NCBI GenBank assembly: GCA_004431415.1 | Contig: QPMI01000408.1 | Location: forward strand, 124,001-188,000 | Source of the DNA: Cyanophora paradoxa CCMP329 | Taxonomy: Eukaryota > Plantae > Glaucophyta | Length of the DNA: 64,000 nucleotides | Direction: 5' to 3' | Part shown: positions 1 to 9,534 of the stretch, in pieces | How positions within the stretch are numbered: position 1 is the first letter of the stretch | Layout: each line of letters begins with the position of its first letter | Translations under genes and position numbers: made by a program | The notes under the pieces: model-generated | Seen by the model: the letters and a program-made list of their open reading frames with translations, nothing else | Database searches by the model: none | What the model was told of the DNA's origin: nothing

Positions 1-1382
1 GAATCAGCATATCCGACCAGACGTTGGCGGATTGTGTACTCATAGTTAATAAACTTCTGGATGTGAGCTCCTTTTTTGGGCAGAACATCTCGTGCGTGTT
101 CATCGCGTTCGAGACAGCGGTCATATTTAAGATGATTTTCAAATGCTTGATCTGAGCTAAAACCGACCTGGCAGGCTAAGCAATAGTGCTTTGCATTTGA
201 TTCGTTCTTTCGGAACAGTCGTGAGACGCTCTTAATCCAGAGGTAATGCCCAACATCGTTTCCCTCCCCAGCCGGCACATACAGTATTGGGATTGCGTCT
301 CTCGCAGCACTGATATGGATTGGTATGATATCCTGCTTATCTAGAGCAGTTGTATAAACGCAGAGTTTGACGTTATTTGCTTGCTCGAATTTGGTGAACA
401 TCCTCGAGTCAAGCGGTGTCGGATATGTAAGCATTGAGCAGTCCAGCGATGTCTCGTGCTGGCGGTAGTTCCCTGCATGCCGAGAATCAACACCTTCGCC
501 CAATGGATTGCGAGCAGAAAGGACTGCGTATTTAAAGCACTCGTTGTTCGGTGCATTTATATTGATAAGCGCGTGCTTGTCTGAGAGCCATTTTGGCAGT
601 ACAAAGCCTCGGCCACGGCCACCAATCCTTCGGAAATAGCGCACAGTTTTAAAGACCAGATACACCCACGTGTCAAATACTGAGGAATCCCTGCTTTTCT
701 CTTCCGAGATCATGTCTAATTCTTCGAGCTGTGAACGCAAGGCCGCCTCAATGCTTGTCCCTGGTTCGATGCGATCGAAACGACGATGTTCAATAACGAT
801 AGCGATCGTAGAATCTGTCTCTGGCTTTCTGTAGACACCCAATCCAGAGATTTGTAGTGCAATGCCCATTCTTGACGTCTCTGCAAGATTTACCTGGGCG
901 CTTACGAATGATATAGCATTCTGTTTGAAAAGTTCGTTGTTTTCAAATCTGGCTTGCATTGATGTTACACGTCCTGATCCGCGTGGTAGCTGATATTTCC
1001 ACTCTGCATATCGCCCGTCAAGCGCTGTAGTCGTAGTCCCGTCGTTGATTTGAACATCATCTCCGACGTCAACCTCAGGCAGCTCGGCAAAGCCACGGAC
1101 GATCTCTGCCTGCCCCTCTGCGATCGCTAGCTCTAGTCGACGACCTGACACAGGACGCGTTGGTCTAGGAAGTCGAGATAGTTCGTTCAATAGTGAAGCG
1201 TATTTTTCCAACGTTGTATATCTTGTTCTCGATCCTTGCGCTGTAATTCTTAGCAATTTATTTTTGAAAGCACCATGTATGACACGTAGATTGTACAATG
1301 AAGTCGTGAGCGCTTCGATCTGGTCTTTAATACGGGCTGACCGGAAGCGCCGAGTCGCTGCATTATTCTGGGTAACGTCCAT
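1..1382 (-). CDS. Protein-primed B-family DNA polymerase (pPolB), N-terminal part, of a second Polinton-like element; runs off the window
   Basis: Manual translation from the ATG at 1382 stays open to base 1. It includes LPKWLSDKHALININAPNNECFKYAVLS, GHYLWIKSVSRL, HYCLACQ and ends VGYAD(S), the ExoI motif. These blocks are colinear with 14991-18272 (TPEWIASKKATVNVKN..CFKYAIL, GHYITIMSFSRL, YCETC). Confidence 0.9.
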   Translation of the reverse strand, partial: MDVTQNNAATRRFRSARIKDQIEALTTSLYNLRVIHGAFKNKLLRITAQGSRTRYTTLEKYASLLNELSRLPRPTRPVSGRRLELAIAEGQAEIVRGFAELPEVDVGDDVQINDGTTTTALDGRYAEWKYQLPRGSGRVTSMQARFENNELFKQNAISFVSAQVNLAETSRMGIALQISGLGVYRKPETDSTIAIVIEHRRFDRIEPGTSIEAALRSQLEELDMISEEKSRDSSVFDTWVYLVFKTVRYFRRIGGRGRGFVLPKWLSDKHALININAPNNECFKYAVLSARNPLGEGVDSRHAGNYRQHETSLDCSMLTYPTPLDSRMFTKFEQANNVKLCVYTTALDKQDIIPIHISAARDAIPILYVPAGEGNDVGHYLWIKSVSRLFRKNESNAKHYCLACQVGFSSDQAFENHLKYDRCLERDEHARDVLPKKGAHIQKFINYEYTIRQRLVGYAD

Positions 1383-1903
1383 TGGAAGTATATATCACAA
1401 TTTTTTTGATTATTTTAAACGCAACTTTACATAGCAATATTGGATAGAGATCTCTTTAAGACAAAATAAGATAAACCACCTGAACCTAAACTTGGACTAC
1501 GTCATCGGTGGGAATAATTAGCGTCTAGCTAGAACCTGAACTCGAGTATGTAATTAGATTCCGATGATATAGTAATTACGTGTAGCATAACCCTTGAAAC
1601 CTCTTTGTTTTTTAGATTCGAAATACACACAATTAACGTCTAGATGATGTTGAAGATTATTCCGAGACCGGCGCTTTGGGGGTCCGCCTCAAATCATTGC
1701 TATATCTTTTGCAAGATCGATCGGTCTAGACGTTGGATATTACCTAGCGGTTGCTTGATGGTTGGTTTGGATAGGTTGTGGGGTAGACGTAACGAAGGAT
1801 TGGAAGAGTGTGTTGGTTGGAAGGCGTTGGAGTGTGTGGGTTGGGGTGGTTTGGAGGAGTGAGGGTGGTGAAGAGGTGCGGGCCACAGAATCAGGTCCTC
1901 TCT
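1..1903. mobile_element. End of a probable second Polinton-like element
   Basis: pPolB gene plus AT-rich non-coding DNA switches to GC-rich coding DNA at about 1903. The junction reads ...CCTCTCT|CATTTT, matching the 5'-AG..CT-3' Polinton terminus. The exact boundary is inferred. Confidence 0.55.
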
Positions 1904-3173
1904 CATTTTTTTGCCGGTGGCGCGGCGCGGCCTGCCGCTGCCGCCGCCCTTCTTCCCTGCGGCCTCGAGCACGAGCGGCGGATCGTAATGAACCGCGCGC
2001 TCGAGGACCGAGAGAACGATCTGGGAGCGCTCTGTGTAGCTGGGTTCAATGTACGGGCCCGAGCTGAACACGTCGCGCGTCTTCACGACGGCCCAGGGCC
2101 AGACGTGCTTGATCGCCGCGTTATCAATCGAGAGATGCACGCAGCGGCGATCGACAGCGGCCTTAAGGCGCTCGGCCAGAGCCGGGTTGTCCAAAAAGAC
2201 CATCTGGGCCATGTGGCGGGTGACAGTGAATCGCTGCGGGAGAGCGAGAGTCACGAGCTCCATGCCGAACCCCACCGGCGGCAGGTGCGGGAAGTCGCGG
2301 AAACGGAAGAACGTCTTGTCCTCCGGGCAAGTGCGCGCTACAGTGACCGTCGGTACACCGTGATAATGGCCCATGCCGTACAGCCAATCCGCAAACAGAA
2401 CCCCGGGGTGGCTCTTTTCGTTGTTATCGAGCAGATAACGCAGGCGCGCGTTGGCCTTTTGCGTGGGGAGCTTGACGGCGCGATAGCCGTCGTACTCGAT
2501 TTCGAGGCGCGCAAGCTCATAGAGAGGCGCGGGCGGCAGCTCGCCATTGATGTAGCGGTTGCGCCGCTTCATGTACGTGAGCGCGACGTGCTCGCGGATG
2601 GTGCGGTCAGTGTGCTCGGCGACGCAGAAGCAGCCGGCGCTGGCGACCGTCGCGAGGTGCTCGGCCATGTCGGTGAAAGTGGAGACGGGCGGCGCCTCAC
2701 CCCGCGGGCGGATCCAATCGAAATGGGAATTCTTTGCGTAGTTCGCGTTGCCCACTTTCACGACTTCGAGGCTGCGGAACCGGATGATTCCCAGCAGCAA
2801 GTGCACGCAGACGTGCAAGAAATCAGCCGGGCTCTCGCACTCTTCGCGCAGGAGCGCAAGCGCAGTGCGGGCGGCCAGGTGGCCGGAGGGCGGAGCCGGG
2901 CTATTGTAAGCCGCATACATCGTCATGTGACGCGGCATCGACGCCGTTTCGCGCGCATCCTCGGGGCAGCGCCACTCGAGGCTGAACTGGCCCAGAATGA
3001 ACGCGCTGGTGTTCAGGAGCGAGAGCAGGCTCTTCTGCTTCTCCTCCGAGAACTCGCAGCTGGCGAGGCCGAGCTTACGCATGGGGCTGGACGGCTCGTT
3101 GCCGTACCAGGCGGTCAGCATTTCCTCCCAGAAGCGGGCGCGCTCGGGCGCGGGGCCCGGGGTCTGACCCGCG
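1904..3173 (-). pseudogene. Distal fragment of the interrupted Gag-like ORF (ORF-track 1700..3121)
   Basis: Joins in frame to the 31594-33444 fragment across the CCCGCG TSD: PSLDAG-QTPGPAPERARFWEE-MLTAWY. Confidence 0.8.
3168..3173 (+). other. Left target-site duplication CCCGCG
   Basis: Identical to 31594-31599; 6 bp is typical of Polinton rve integrases. Confidence 0.93.
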
Positions 3174-3466
3174 ACACATAGAGAAACGCGGCGTTTAAAC
3201 CCTCGGCTTATCTTAATTGATCTTGTTTATATCTCTCGTATAATTTATATCAATCAATCGATAATCTGTGTGAAATCTATCGAATTCTTTAATATTTTGA
3301 ATTTCGTGTAATTTATTGATAATTTATTGATGTTCTATTGTAAATTTATCTTAATTTCGATTTGTCTTACTTAAATCAATCTTGAATTTGTATAAGTTTC
3401 CGAATAATATAACTGGATCTTAATTAGATCTTGCCTCCGGTTTAAACGCCGCGTTTCTCTATGTGT
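3174..3466. repeat. 293-nt terminal fold-back (28-bp perfect stem plus imperfect AT-rich arms); mirror at 31301-31593
   Basis: 3174-3201 ACACATAGAGAAACGCGGCGTTTAAACC is inverted at 3439-3466. Confidence 0.85.
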
Positions 3467-3610
3467 GATTTTAACGCAATAAACGCGATTAATATGTATT
3501 TTATGCAAATTCGATATAATCTCGATTGACGGAACATAAATTTGTGATATAATCACGATTGTAGTAATCCACCGCCCATTCTATCGTAAAACGCAAAAAT
3601 TCACACAGAG

Positions 3611-4025
3611 TTGCATTATGTCCAATTAAACAATCGATGAGATTGCGGCATATTTTGTTGGAAGAGATGGTTACTGCATTATGTCCAATTAAACAATCGA
3701 TGAAATATCGGATGAAAATAATTCACTCGTTACTGCATTATGTCCAATTAAACAATCGTTGAGATTGCGGCGTATTTTGTTGGAAGAGATGGTTACTGCA
3801 TCAGGTCCAATTAAACAATCGATGAGATTCGGGTAAGCTTTTTACTGTATCGAAAATGACCCCAGAGTTGCATTATGTCCAATTAAACAATTGATAAGAT
3901 TGGATTCTGTTTTTTACTGTAAAAACATTGTATCTTAGGTGTATCAATCTCAATTGAATTAATCGATGTAATTTTGTTGGAAGAGATGGTTACAGCATTA
4001 TGTCCAATTAAACAATCGATGAGAT
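3611..4025 (+). repeat. Six spaced copies of an ~30-bp repeat (GCATTATGTCCAATTAAACAATCGATGAGA) in the TIR; mirror at ~30742-31156
   Basis: Copies near 3613, 3676, 3736, 3798, 3870 and 3995; the spacers partly repeat each other (TTTTGTTGGAAGAGATGGTTAC three times). Confidence 0.9.
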
Positions 4026-4044
4026 TTCGCTGAGATGAAAACGG

Positions 4045-4424
4045 TTAGGCACTTTTTTATCGTGATCGGCGGATATCATTTAGATATAAAACGGGCTACT
4101 GAAATGGAGCGGGTTAATCGAAGTAGGCACTTTTTTTAATCGCGGTAGGCAGCGTAGGAGCGTTAGGCACTTCCTTATCGAGAATTAAAAAGAAGTCCCA
4201 AATACATCAACTTGTGTTTTTCAAAACGTTGATTTTATTTTTTATAGAGAGTTTCCAGAAAAGGTGCCTAAGTGCCTAACGTCAATTAAAAGTGCCTAAC
4301 GTCAATTAAAAGTGCCTAACTTCAATTAAAAAGTGCCTACCAAACGATATTCAGTAAGACATCTATGAATCATAGAGATATGATATATTCACTTTCATTA
4401 TCTGAGAAATATAAAGTGCCTACC
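4045..4424. promoter_or_regulatory. Iteron-like module: opposed TAGGCACT / AGTGCCTA repeats around an AT-rich core (putative origin); mirror at ~30343-30722
   Basis: TAGGCAC copies on one side and AGTGCCTA copies (20-bp period) on the other side of an ~90-bp AT-rich core. Function inferred. Confidence 0.6.
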
Positions 4425-4648
4425 AAACCATTAACAGTGTGATTAACTCGGAAATCGCGCTGCTATCTGCTTCTCCGCTTTCTCCAACCCTGAAAAGATC
4501 TCTGTTATTCTCTCATCTATCAATTTAGATATTACGGAGGTCTTACTTTCAAAAAATGATGCTCGTGGGCAACCCAAAATGATTTAAGGAAGAAGCGATA
4601 GTATAGAGTAAAACGGGTAAAAGATTTTCTCAGACGTAATTCAGTGTC

Positions 4649-5284
4649 ATGGCGTATAGTCTCAACGGCATCCCGATCTTCTCGATCCCTGCTGAGGAGA
4701 TCCGTTTCGATATCGGTAAGATAATGGAAGTCTATGATGCTGTTGATCGTTACTTTGATCGCGCGAGTTCGAGAATGCTGAGGATTCCCGCTCATCTACC
4801 CAAATTCAAAGCAATTGGCTACCTTGAAGATCGACCGGAACAGATCGTGATTCAATGCAACTACGATAACTTCTACCACATTTCAGACATTGAATCTGAT
4901 GAACCTGTTCAGGATCTTAGTTTCTCTGTTGTTGATCGCATTGTCTACGGATTGGGTATTGAATTCATCACTATAATTGATATCCACCAACTTGTTATTG
5001 GTTCTGGTTTGACAATTGAACAAGTTTTAATTGCAGTGGATCGGGAATATGAAATCAATGGTGTTCCTCAAAGACGATTCTTCTTCACTATCGAGAAAGA
5101 TATTACACAGTATTTCCCGAAGTTCAAAGAGCATGGATTGAAGATTACGTCTCGTCCCTCGATTCGTAGATTCATTAAGGCAAACGGGGCGAAATGGCTG
5201 AAAGGACGACGTTGGTTCCTCGAAGAAGAGAATTTCAATAATGAAAACCCTGTTTTCCGTATCTTCTTTCCGGAATGCTTCTAA
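4649..5284 (+). CDS. Hypothetical protein (211 aa)
   Basis: Open frame preceded by AAAAAATGA at 4551; no family recognised. Confidence 0.7.
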   Translation: MAYSLNGIPIFSIPAEEIRFDIGKIMEVYDAVDRYFDRASSRMLRIPAHLPKFKAIGYLEDRPEQIVIQCNYDNFYHISDIESDEPVQDLSFSVVDRIVYGLGIEFITIIDIHQLVIGSGLTIEQVLIAVDREYEINGVPQRRFFFTIEKDITQYFPKFKEHGLKITSRPSIRRFIKANGAKWLKGRRWFLEEENFNNENPVFRIFFPECF

Positions 5285-6183
5285 TCGTTTCCAATAGCCA
5301 CAAACTCCAACTGAAACGAATTATCGATACCATTCATATCTACAAGATCACCAAAATAATCACGAAACTCAACTGTTAATTCACGAATAACAAGGTTTTT
5401 GTCTGTTATTTTTATGTATTCACCATGCTCTCCGCTATGGTAGATATACTTTCCGATGTCCTGACTCAATTGTAATCGCAAGATCGCGCCTTGGTTCTGC
5501 GGTTGCGATTTCGGGACTATATTGTGGTTTGATGCAAAAGAAGAGAGTTCCTTGATATGCATATACAAGTATTGCTCAGCGTTCATATCCGCCATCTTTG
5601 GACTTGTTGCTTTATGTTGCAACGGCACCGGATCTGCACCTTCAAACGTTATTCCCCATTGTGGGTGATCAGGTGTTATTGGTCTTCCTGCATAAGATAA
5701 GTAGTTCTCAGGAGCAAATACAGACCTGTTATCTTCTAAATTATGTTGCTGGCTTACCAATAATGCAGAACTCAGACCAAGTAGTTTGGCGATTCTATTG
5801 TTTGACGCTGCTATTTCAAATGGAACGCTGCTATAAAATTCTAACTTGTATGTTGTCGGGTTGTAGTATATCTTAAAGAATGTATTTTCAAGAACTTCGT
5901 AGTTTAAACCGTAATTATATGGTTGAGTAACTCCAAAGTGTCCTTGGTTTATGTAACCACTTGGTAATGGGAATACTTGCTGATTAAGAGGGAAACCAAC
6001 AATATTATAACGAACCACAATATAATCGGTTCCAATCGAATTATAAATGCTGTTGGGAATCTCTGCATATAAGATACGACACTGTCGTGGTCTGGTTATT
6101 GGTGTGGTAAGTGAGACCTTGTAAGCGTTTTCGTTTTGTCCATCTAATCGATCTCTACTATCGACATTGACAAGCCGAATCAT
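5281..6183 (-). CDS. Minor capsid (penton) protein 1
   Basis: N-terminal VDSRDR...AEIPNSIYN and C-terminal IRELTVEFRDYFGDLVDMNGIDNSFQLEF, typical of PLV/NCLDV pentons; adjacent to the MCP. Confidence 0.8.
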   Translation of the reverse strand: MIRLVNVDSRDRLDGQNENAYKVSLTTPITRPRQCRILYAEIPNSIYNSIGTDYIVVRYNIVGFPLNQQVFPLPSGYINQGHFGVTQPYNYGLNYEVLENTFFKIYYNPTTYKLEFYSSVPFEIAASNNRIAKLLGLSSALLVSQQHNLEDNRSVFAPENYLSYAGRPITPDHPQWGITFEGADPVPLQHKATSPKMADMNAEQYLYMHIKELSSFASNHNIVPKSQPQNQGAILRLQLSQDIGKYIYHSGEHGEYIKITDKNLVIRELTVEFRDYFGDLVDMNGIDNSFQLEFVAIGND

Positions 6184-6211
6184 TTTATTATATGGTTATA
6201 GATAAAAGAAG

Positions 6212-7216
6212 ATGCCTGTGGAATACGTTGAAGTGTCTTCCTTCAAAACGCTACCTAATCTGGATGCTCCAACATCTCGGTTTGTTGCGGATCTCCCAAA
6301 GACGTATGAGAATGTAAGAGCGGTTCGCCTTGTCTCCGCTGAATTCTATAACTCCATCCCGCTCATTAGTGGTGAAACAGAACCTGGGGATGCAACAATA
6401 GAGGATGCCTTTATTATCAATTTCAGCCAAAAGTCCACATCCACCGGTGCAAATGCTCCTGAGATTCTATATGATAGTTGGCGTTCTATTAGACCTGGTG
6501 CAGGTCTAAAAACCCCAATCAATACTCATCAGCAACTCGTTGCCCGAATCAATAACCGTTTTGAGAATCTCTCGCCTCCTTCTGCAATTCGCTGTGGTTG
6601 GGATGTAACCCAAAAAAAAGTAATCTTTTATGCTCCTGTGGAGTTCTATATTTGCTTCTCATATGCAAAAGATCCTTCTGTTTCTGCAATCGAAAAAGCG
6701 CTACGACATGCTCGAATCTTGGGTTTGGATGCTGGACGCTGGGGAAACAAGTTTATTAAATCACAAGTCTATGGAACAGATACAAGCTCCGTTTTTACAG
6801 GTGCAAACGTAAATGGTATTATCTCAACATTCCCCACAGAGACCTGCAAAGATAACGTCTTTTTCGTGAGAGTAAAAGAACTGGGTGACCTCGTCCAATG
6901 TGCCGATGGTCTCCTAACTGGATACTTCCATAAACTTATGGTTCAAGATAGAGAATTCGCGGAACACGTTGTTTACAATTCGACGGAAGCAAATCCGCTG
7001 TATAAATACTATAATAAGAAGATGTCACTATCGCAATTCTCAGTAGATATAGTGAATGCTCAAAATGAATTAATTGATTTCGAGGGGCAACCTGTGCATC
7101 TGACATTCGAAATCCGTTATGGTGATGAACCCGCCGGTGATCCGATTTATGAGTATTTCAAAATGAGAATGAGAGAGACCCACCCCTTCTATCCAAATAT
7201 TGCTGGATTCGCGTAA
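6212..7216 (+). CDS. Minor capsid (penton) protein 2
   Basis: FVADLPKTYENVRAVRLVSAEF and LSQFSVDIVNAQNELIDFEGQPVHLTFEI penton-like termini. Confidence 0.78.
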   Translation: MPVEYVEVSSFKTLPNLDAPTSRFVADLPKTYENVRAVRLVSAEFYNSIPLISGETEPGDATIEDAFIINFSQKSTSTGANAPEILYDSWRSIRPGAGLKTPINTHQQLVARINNRFENLSPPSAIRCGWDVTQKKVIFYAPVEFYICFSYAKDPSVSAIEKALRHARILGLDAGRWGNKFIKSQVYGTDTSSVFTGANVNGIISTFPTETCKDNVFFVRVKELGDLVQCADGLLTGYFHKLMVQDREFAEHVVYNSTEANPLYKYYNKKMSLSQFSVDIVNAQNELIDFEGQPVHLTFEIRYGDEPAGDPIYEYFKMRMRETHPFYPNIAGFA

Positions 7217-7270
7217 ATTAAGGATCATTCACAGAATTTTTATATTTTTGTATAGTAAAAGCAAAACAGA

Positions 7271-8668
7271 ATGGATGTTACCTCGACCCTTCAACGTCTT
7301 TCTCTGAAAGAGGCGCTAACAACGCCCGAGGAAGCCAAAGCGTTCTTCCTCGATAACTCGCTTATGCTTGGTCTCGAATCGAAGACGAAACCCGTTCTGG
7401 TAACCGTTAGTCCCTCGACAACCTATGACAACAACGTTGGTCAACGCGTTTCTTTCAAACTTCCCCGCTACAACTTTGTTGGTAAAATCGAACTCGCTTT
7501 TGATCTTCCCGAACTAACCGCTTTTACTGGTGATGACGACCTTGTGCGAAATGGTTACACCCGTCCCGTTGGTGCGCTTGTAGAGCGTCTTGAATTCTCG
7601 TATGGCTCGTATACTTACCACGTCCCAAGCGATTTTCTTGCGATTTTCCCACTGGTCTACTATTCTGAGGATCAGCTGGCGAAAAAGAAGCGTTCAATGG
7701 GAATGCTTCATGGAATTCCCGCTCACGGAACCAACCGTAAAGGTGGCGCTTTCTTCGTTGAAATTCCGGTGCCGTGGTTGAACCATTACCTACCACTTGG
7801 CGCTCTCTCAGGCGAAGCTGTTATCACTGTTTGGTTCAAAGAAGCTAACAAGGGATATCTTGAAACTTCTTATGGCGGTCGCGCTCTTCCAGTTGTGACA
7901 ACCGCTGCGGATCAAACCGCAAATGACGGTCTCGGAAGCGCTACTGGTGTAACTCTTGCTAATGTCGGTCAAAACATTACCACTGGCGGTATTACTGGGT
8001 TCGAAGTTGCTGGAACTGTTCCACCAATGACCCATTACATCTCCATTAAGTCTCCTCGTCTCTACATGCATGCTATTAACGTTTCTGATGAACTGTTCGC
8101 TACTGTTATTGAGAAAGTTAAGACCACGGGGATGGCTATTCCTGCTCTCGATATCGGTTTCGTTGATGCTATTGGTGTTGCTGCGAAAGGTAACACTCAA
8201 CCCAACCGAATCAATCTTAGCCAAATCTCTGGTCTGGTTTATGCTCTTCTTGTCTCTGTTCGTGATGCTGATGGTGTCGATTCTTCTAACGGTTCTCACA
8301 GCGTCCTTAAAACGCTTGCGAATGCGAAGGATATCACGATGACCTGTGAGATTAACGGACAGCGTCTGTATTCAACTGAGCCAATCCCGCTTCTCAAAGG
8401 TGCGGAACTCATCGCCGATGTTTTCAAGTGTTCGAATATGGATAAGGAAGCAAACCGTTACGTCCTTACTGGTCTTCCATTCTGTGTTGATGGTGAGAAG
8501 GCGATTCGCAACATTGCCCAATCTGGATATGTTGATCTCACGAACTCGTCGTCATCGTTCCTCACTCTGTATCTTCCTGCTGATCGCACAATTACTGTTA
8601 ACGTTCGCGCTCTCATGCATTCGTTCATTATTGTCGATAAAGATGGAATTCGTCGTATAAATTTGTAG
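7271..8668 (+). CDS. Major capsid protein (double jelly-roll)
   Basis: 465 aa, beta-rich (GQRVSFKLPRYNFVGKIELAFDLP; VEIPVPW..YLPL), located between the pentons and the packaging ATPase. Confidence 0.8.
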   Translation: MDVTSTLQRLSLKEALTTPEEAKAFFLDNSLMLGLESKTKPVLVTVSPSTTYDNNVGQRVSFKLPRYNFVGKIELAFDLPELTAFTGDDDLVRNGYTRPVGALVERLEFSYGSYTYHVPSDFLAIFPLVYYSEDQLAKKKRSMGMLHGIPAHGTNRKGGAFFVEIPVPWLNHYLPLGALSGEAVITVWFKEANKGYLETSYGGRALPVVTTAADQTANDGLGSATGVTLANVGQNITTGGITGFEVAGTVPPMTHYISIKSPRLYMHAINVSDELFATVIEKVKTTGMAIPALDIGFVDAIGVAAKGNTQPNRINLSQISGLVYALLVSVRDADGVDSSNGSHSVLKTLANAKDITMTCEINGQRLYSTEPIPLLKGAELIADVFKCSNMDKEANRYVLTGLPFCVDGEKAIRNIAQSGYVDLTNSSSSFLTLYLPADRTITVNVRALMHSFIIVDKDGIRRINL

Positions 8669-8741
8669 TAACCTTACTGTTTATCGTAAGGCATTTAAGA
8701 AAAAAATGACTATTTATTTTTAGAGTTTCTTATAAAGTAGG

Positions 8742-9473
8742 ATGCCTGTCACGATTGAAGAGTTTGTAGCTCGTGCAAATGCTGAGCATAACGGTAAATT
8801 TGATTACTCCAAAGTTCAATTTGAAAAATGCAAGGATAAGGTTCTAATTACTTGTTTGACCTGTAAGGTGACGTTTGAACAGCGTGTGGACCATCACCTT
8901 AGGGGGTCAAGTTGTAAAAAATGTAGCTTTCAGCGTTTAGGAAATGAACGGAGAAAAGAGATGGACACTTTCATAGAGCAAGCAAGAAAAACACACGGTA
9001 ACAAATATTGCTATAATAAAGTTGAATATGTTAAAGCCCAAACACCGGTATGTATTAAATGCAACTCTTGTAACAAAGAGTTCATGCAACCCCCTATAAT
9101 TCACATTCGGAATACCGGTTGCCCTTTTTGTAGAACTTCAAAAGGTGAAGACGAAGTCTGTAAAGTGTTAGATTCTATTGGATTGGACTACAAACAACAA
9201 CATATATTCAAAGATTGCCGAAATAAGTTTCCATTGCGATTTGATTTCTTCATTGAATCTCTAAGGCTTGCAATCGAATATGATGGAATTCAACATTTTG
9301 AACCAAGGAAGTTTTGGGGAAATGAAGATGCCGAAGAGTGGTTTAAACAAGTTCAAATGTGTGATGGAATAAAGAACCGCTACTGTGAGGCAAACAATAT
9401 TAAACTTCTAAGAATTCCATACACTGAAAAAGATATCAGTGGATGTGTTACACGGTTTCTGTCTTCACTTTAA
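8742..9473 (+). CDS. Zn-ribbon repeat plus PD-(D/E)xK (Vsr/DUF559-like) endonuclease
   Basis: Two HGxKYxYxKV..CxxC..H..G.GCxxC repeats, then SKGE...LRFDFFI...AIEYDGIQH. Confidence 0.85.
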   Translation: MPVTIEEFVARANAEHNGKFDYSKVQFEKCKDKVLITCLTCKVTFEQRVDHHLRGSSCKKCSFQRLGNERRKEMDTFIEQARKTHGNKYCYNKVEYVKAQTPVCIKCNSCNKEFMQPPIIHIRNTGCPFCRTSKGEDEVCKVLDSIGLDYKQQHIFKDCRNKFPLRFDFFIESLRLAIEYDGIQHFEPRKFWGNEDAEEWFKQVQMCDGIKNRYCEANNIKLLRIPYTEKDISGCVTRFLSSL

Positions 9474-9534
9474 ACCATTATCAGTAAGATTTCGTTATTT
9501 TTATCTATCTTTATTAAGAAAGATCTACTACGCC

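Larger units (their letters stand above)
3174..4549 (+). repeat. Left terminal inverted repeat (1,376 bp)
   Basis: Reverse complement of 30218-31593. Starts ACACATAGAGAAACGCGGCG and matching stops after GAGGTCTTACTTT. The identical 61-aa ORFs at 3371..3556 and 31211..31396 are mirror images. Confidence 0.96.

Noticed and set aside
1808-3181. 457-aa plus-strand ORF, and similar long antisense ORFs such as 31590..32804, 54924..56021 and 57886..59400
   Set aside because: Shadow frames of GC-rich genes on the opposite strand, with no motifs.
3371-3556. 61-aa ORF, mirrored at 31211..31396
   Set aside because: GTG start inside the TIR hairpin; duplicated only because of the TIR.
3611-4025. CRISPR-like repeat-spacer array
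   Set aside because: Spacers repeat each other and vary in length, no cas genes are present, and the array is part of a viral TIR.
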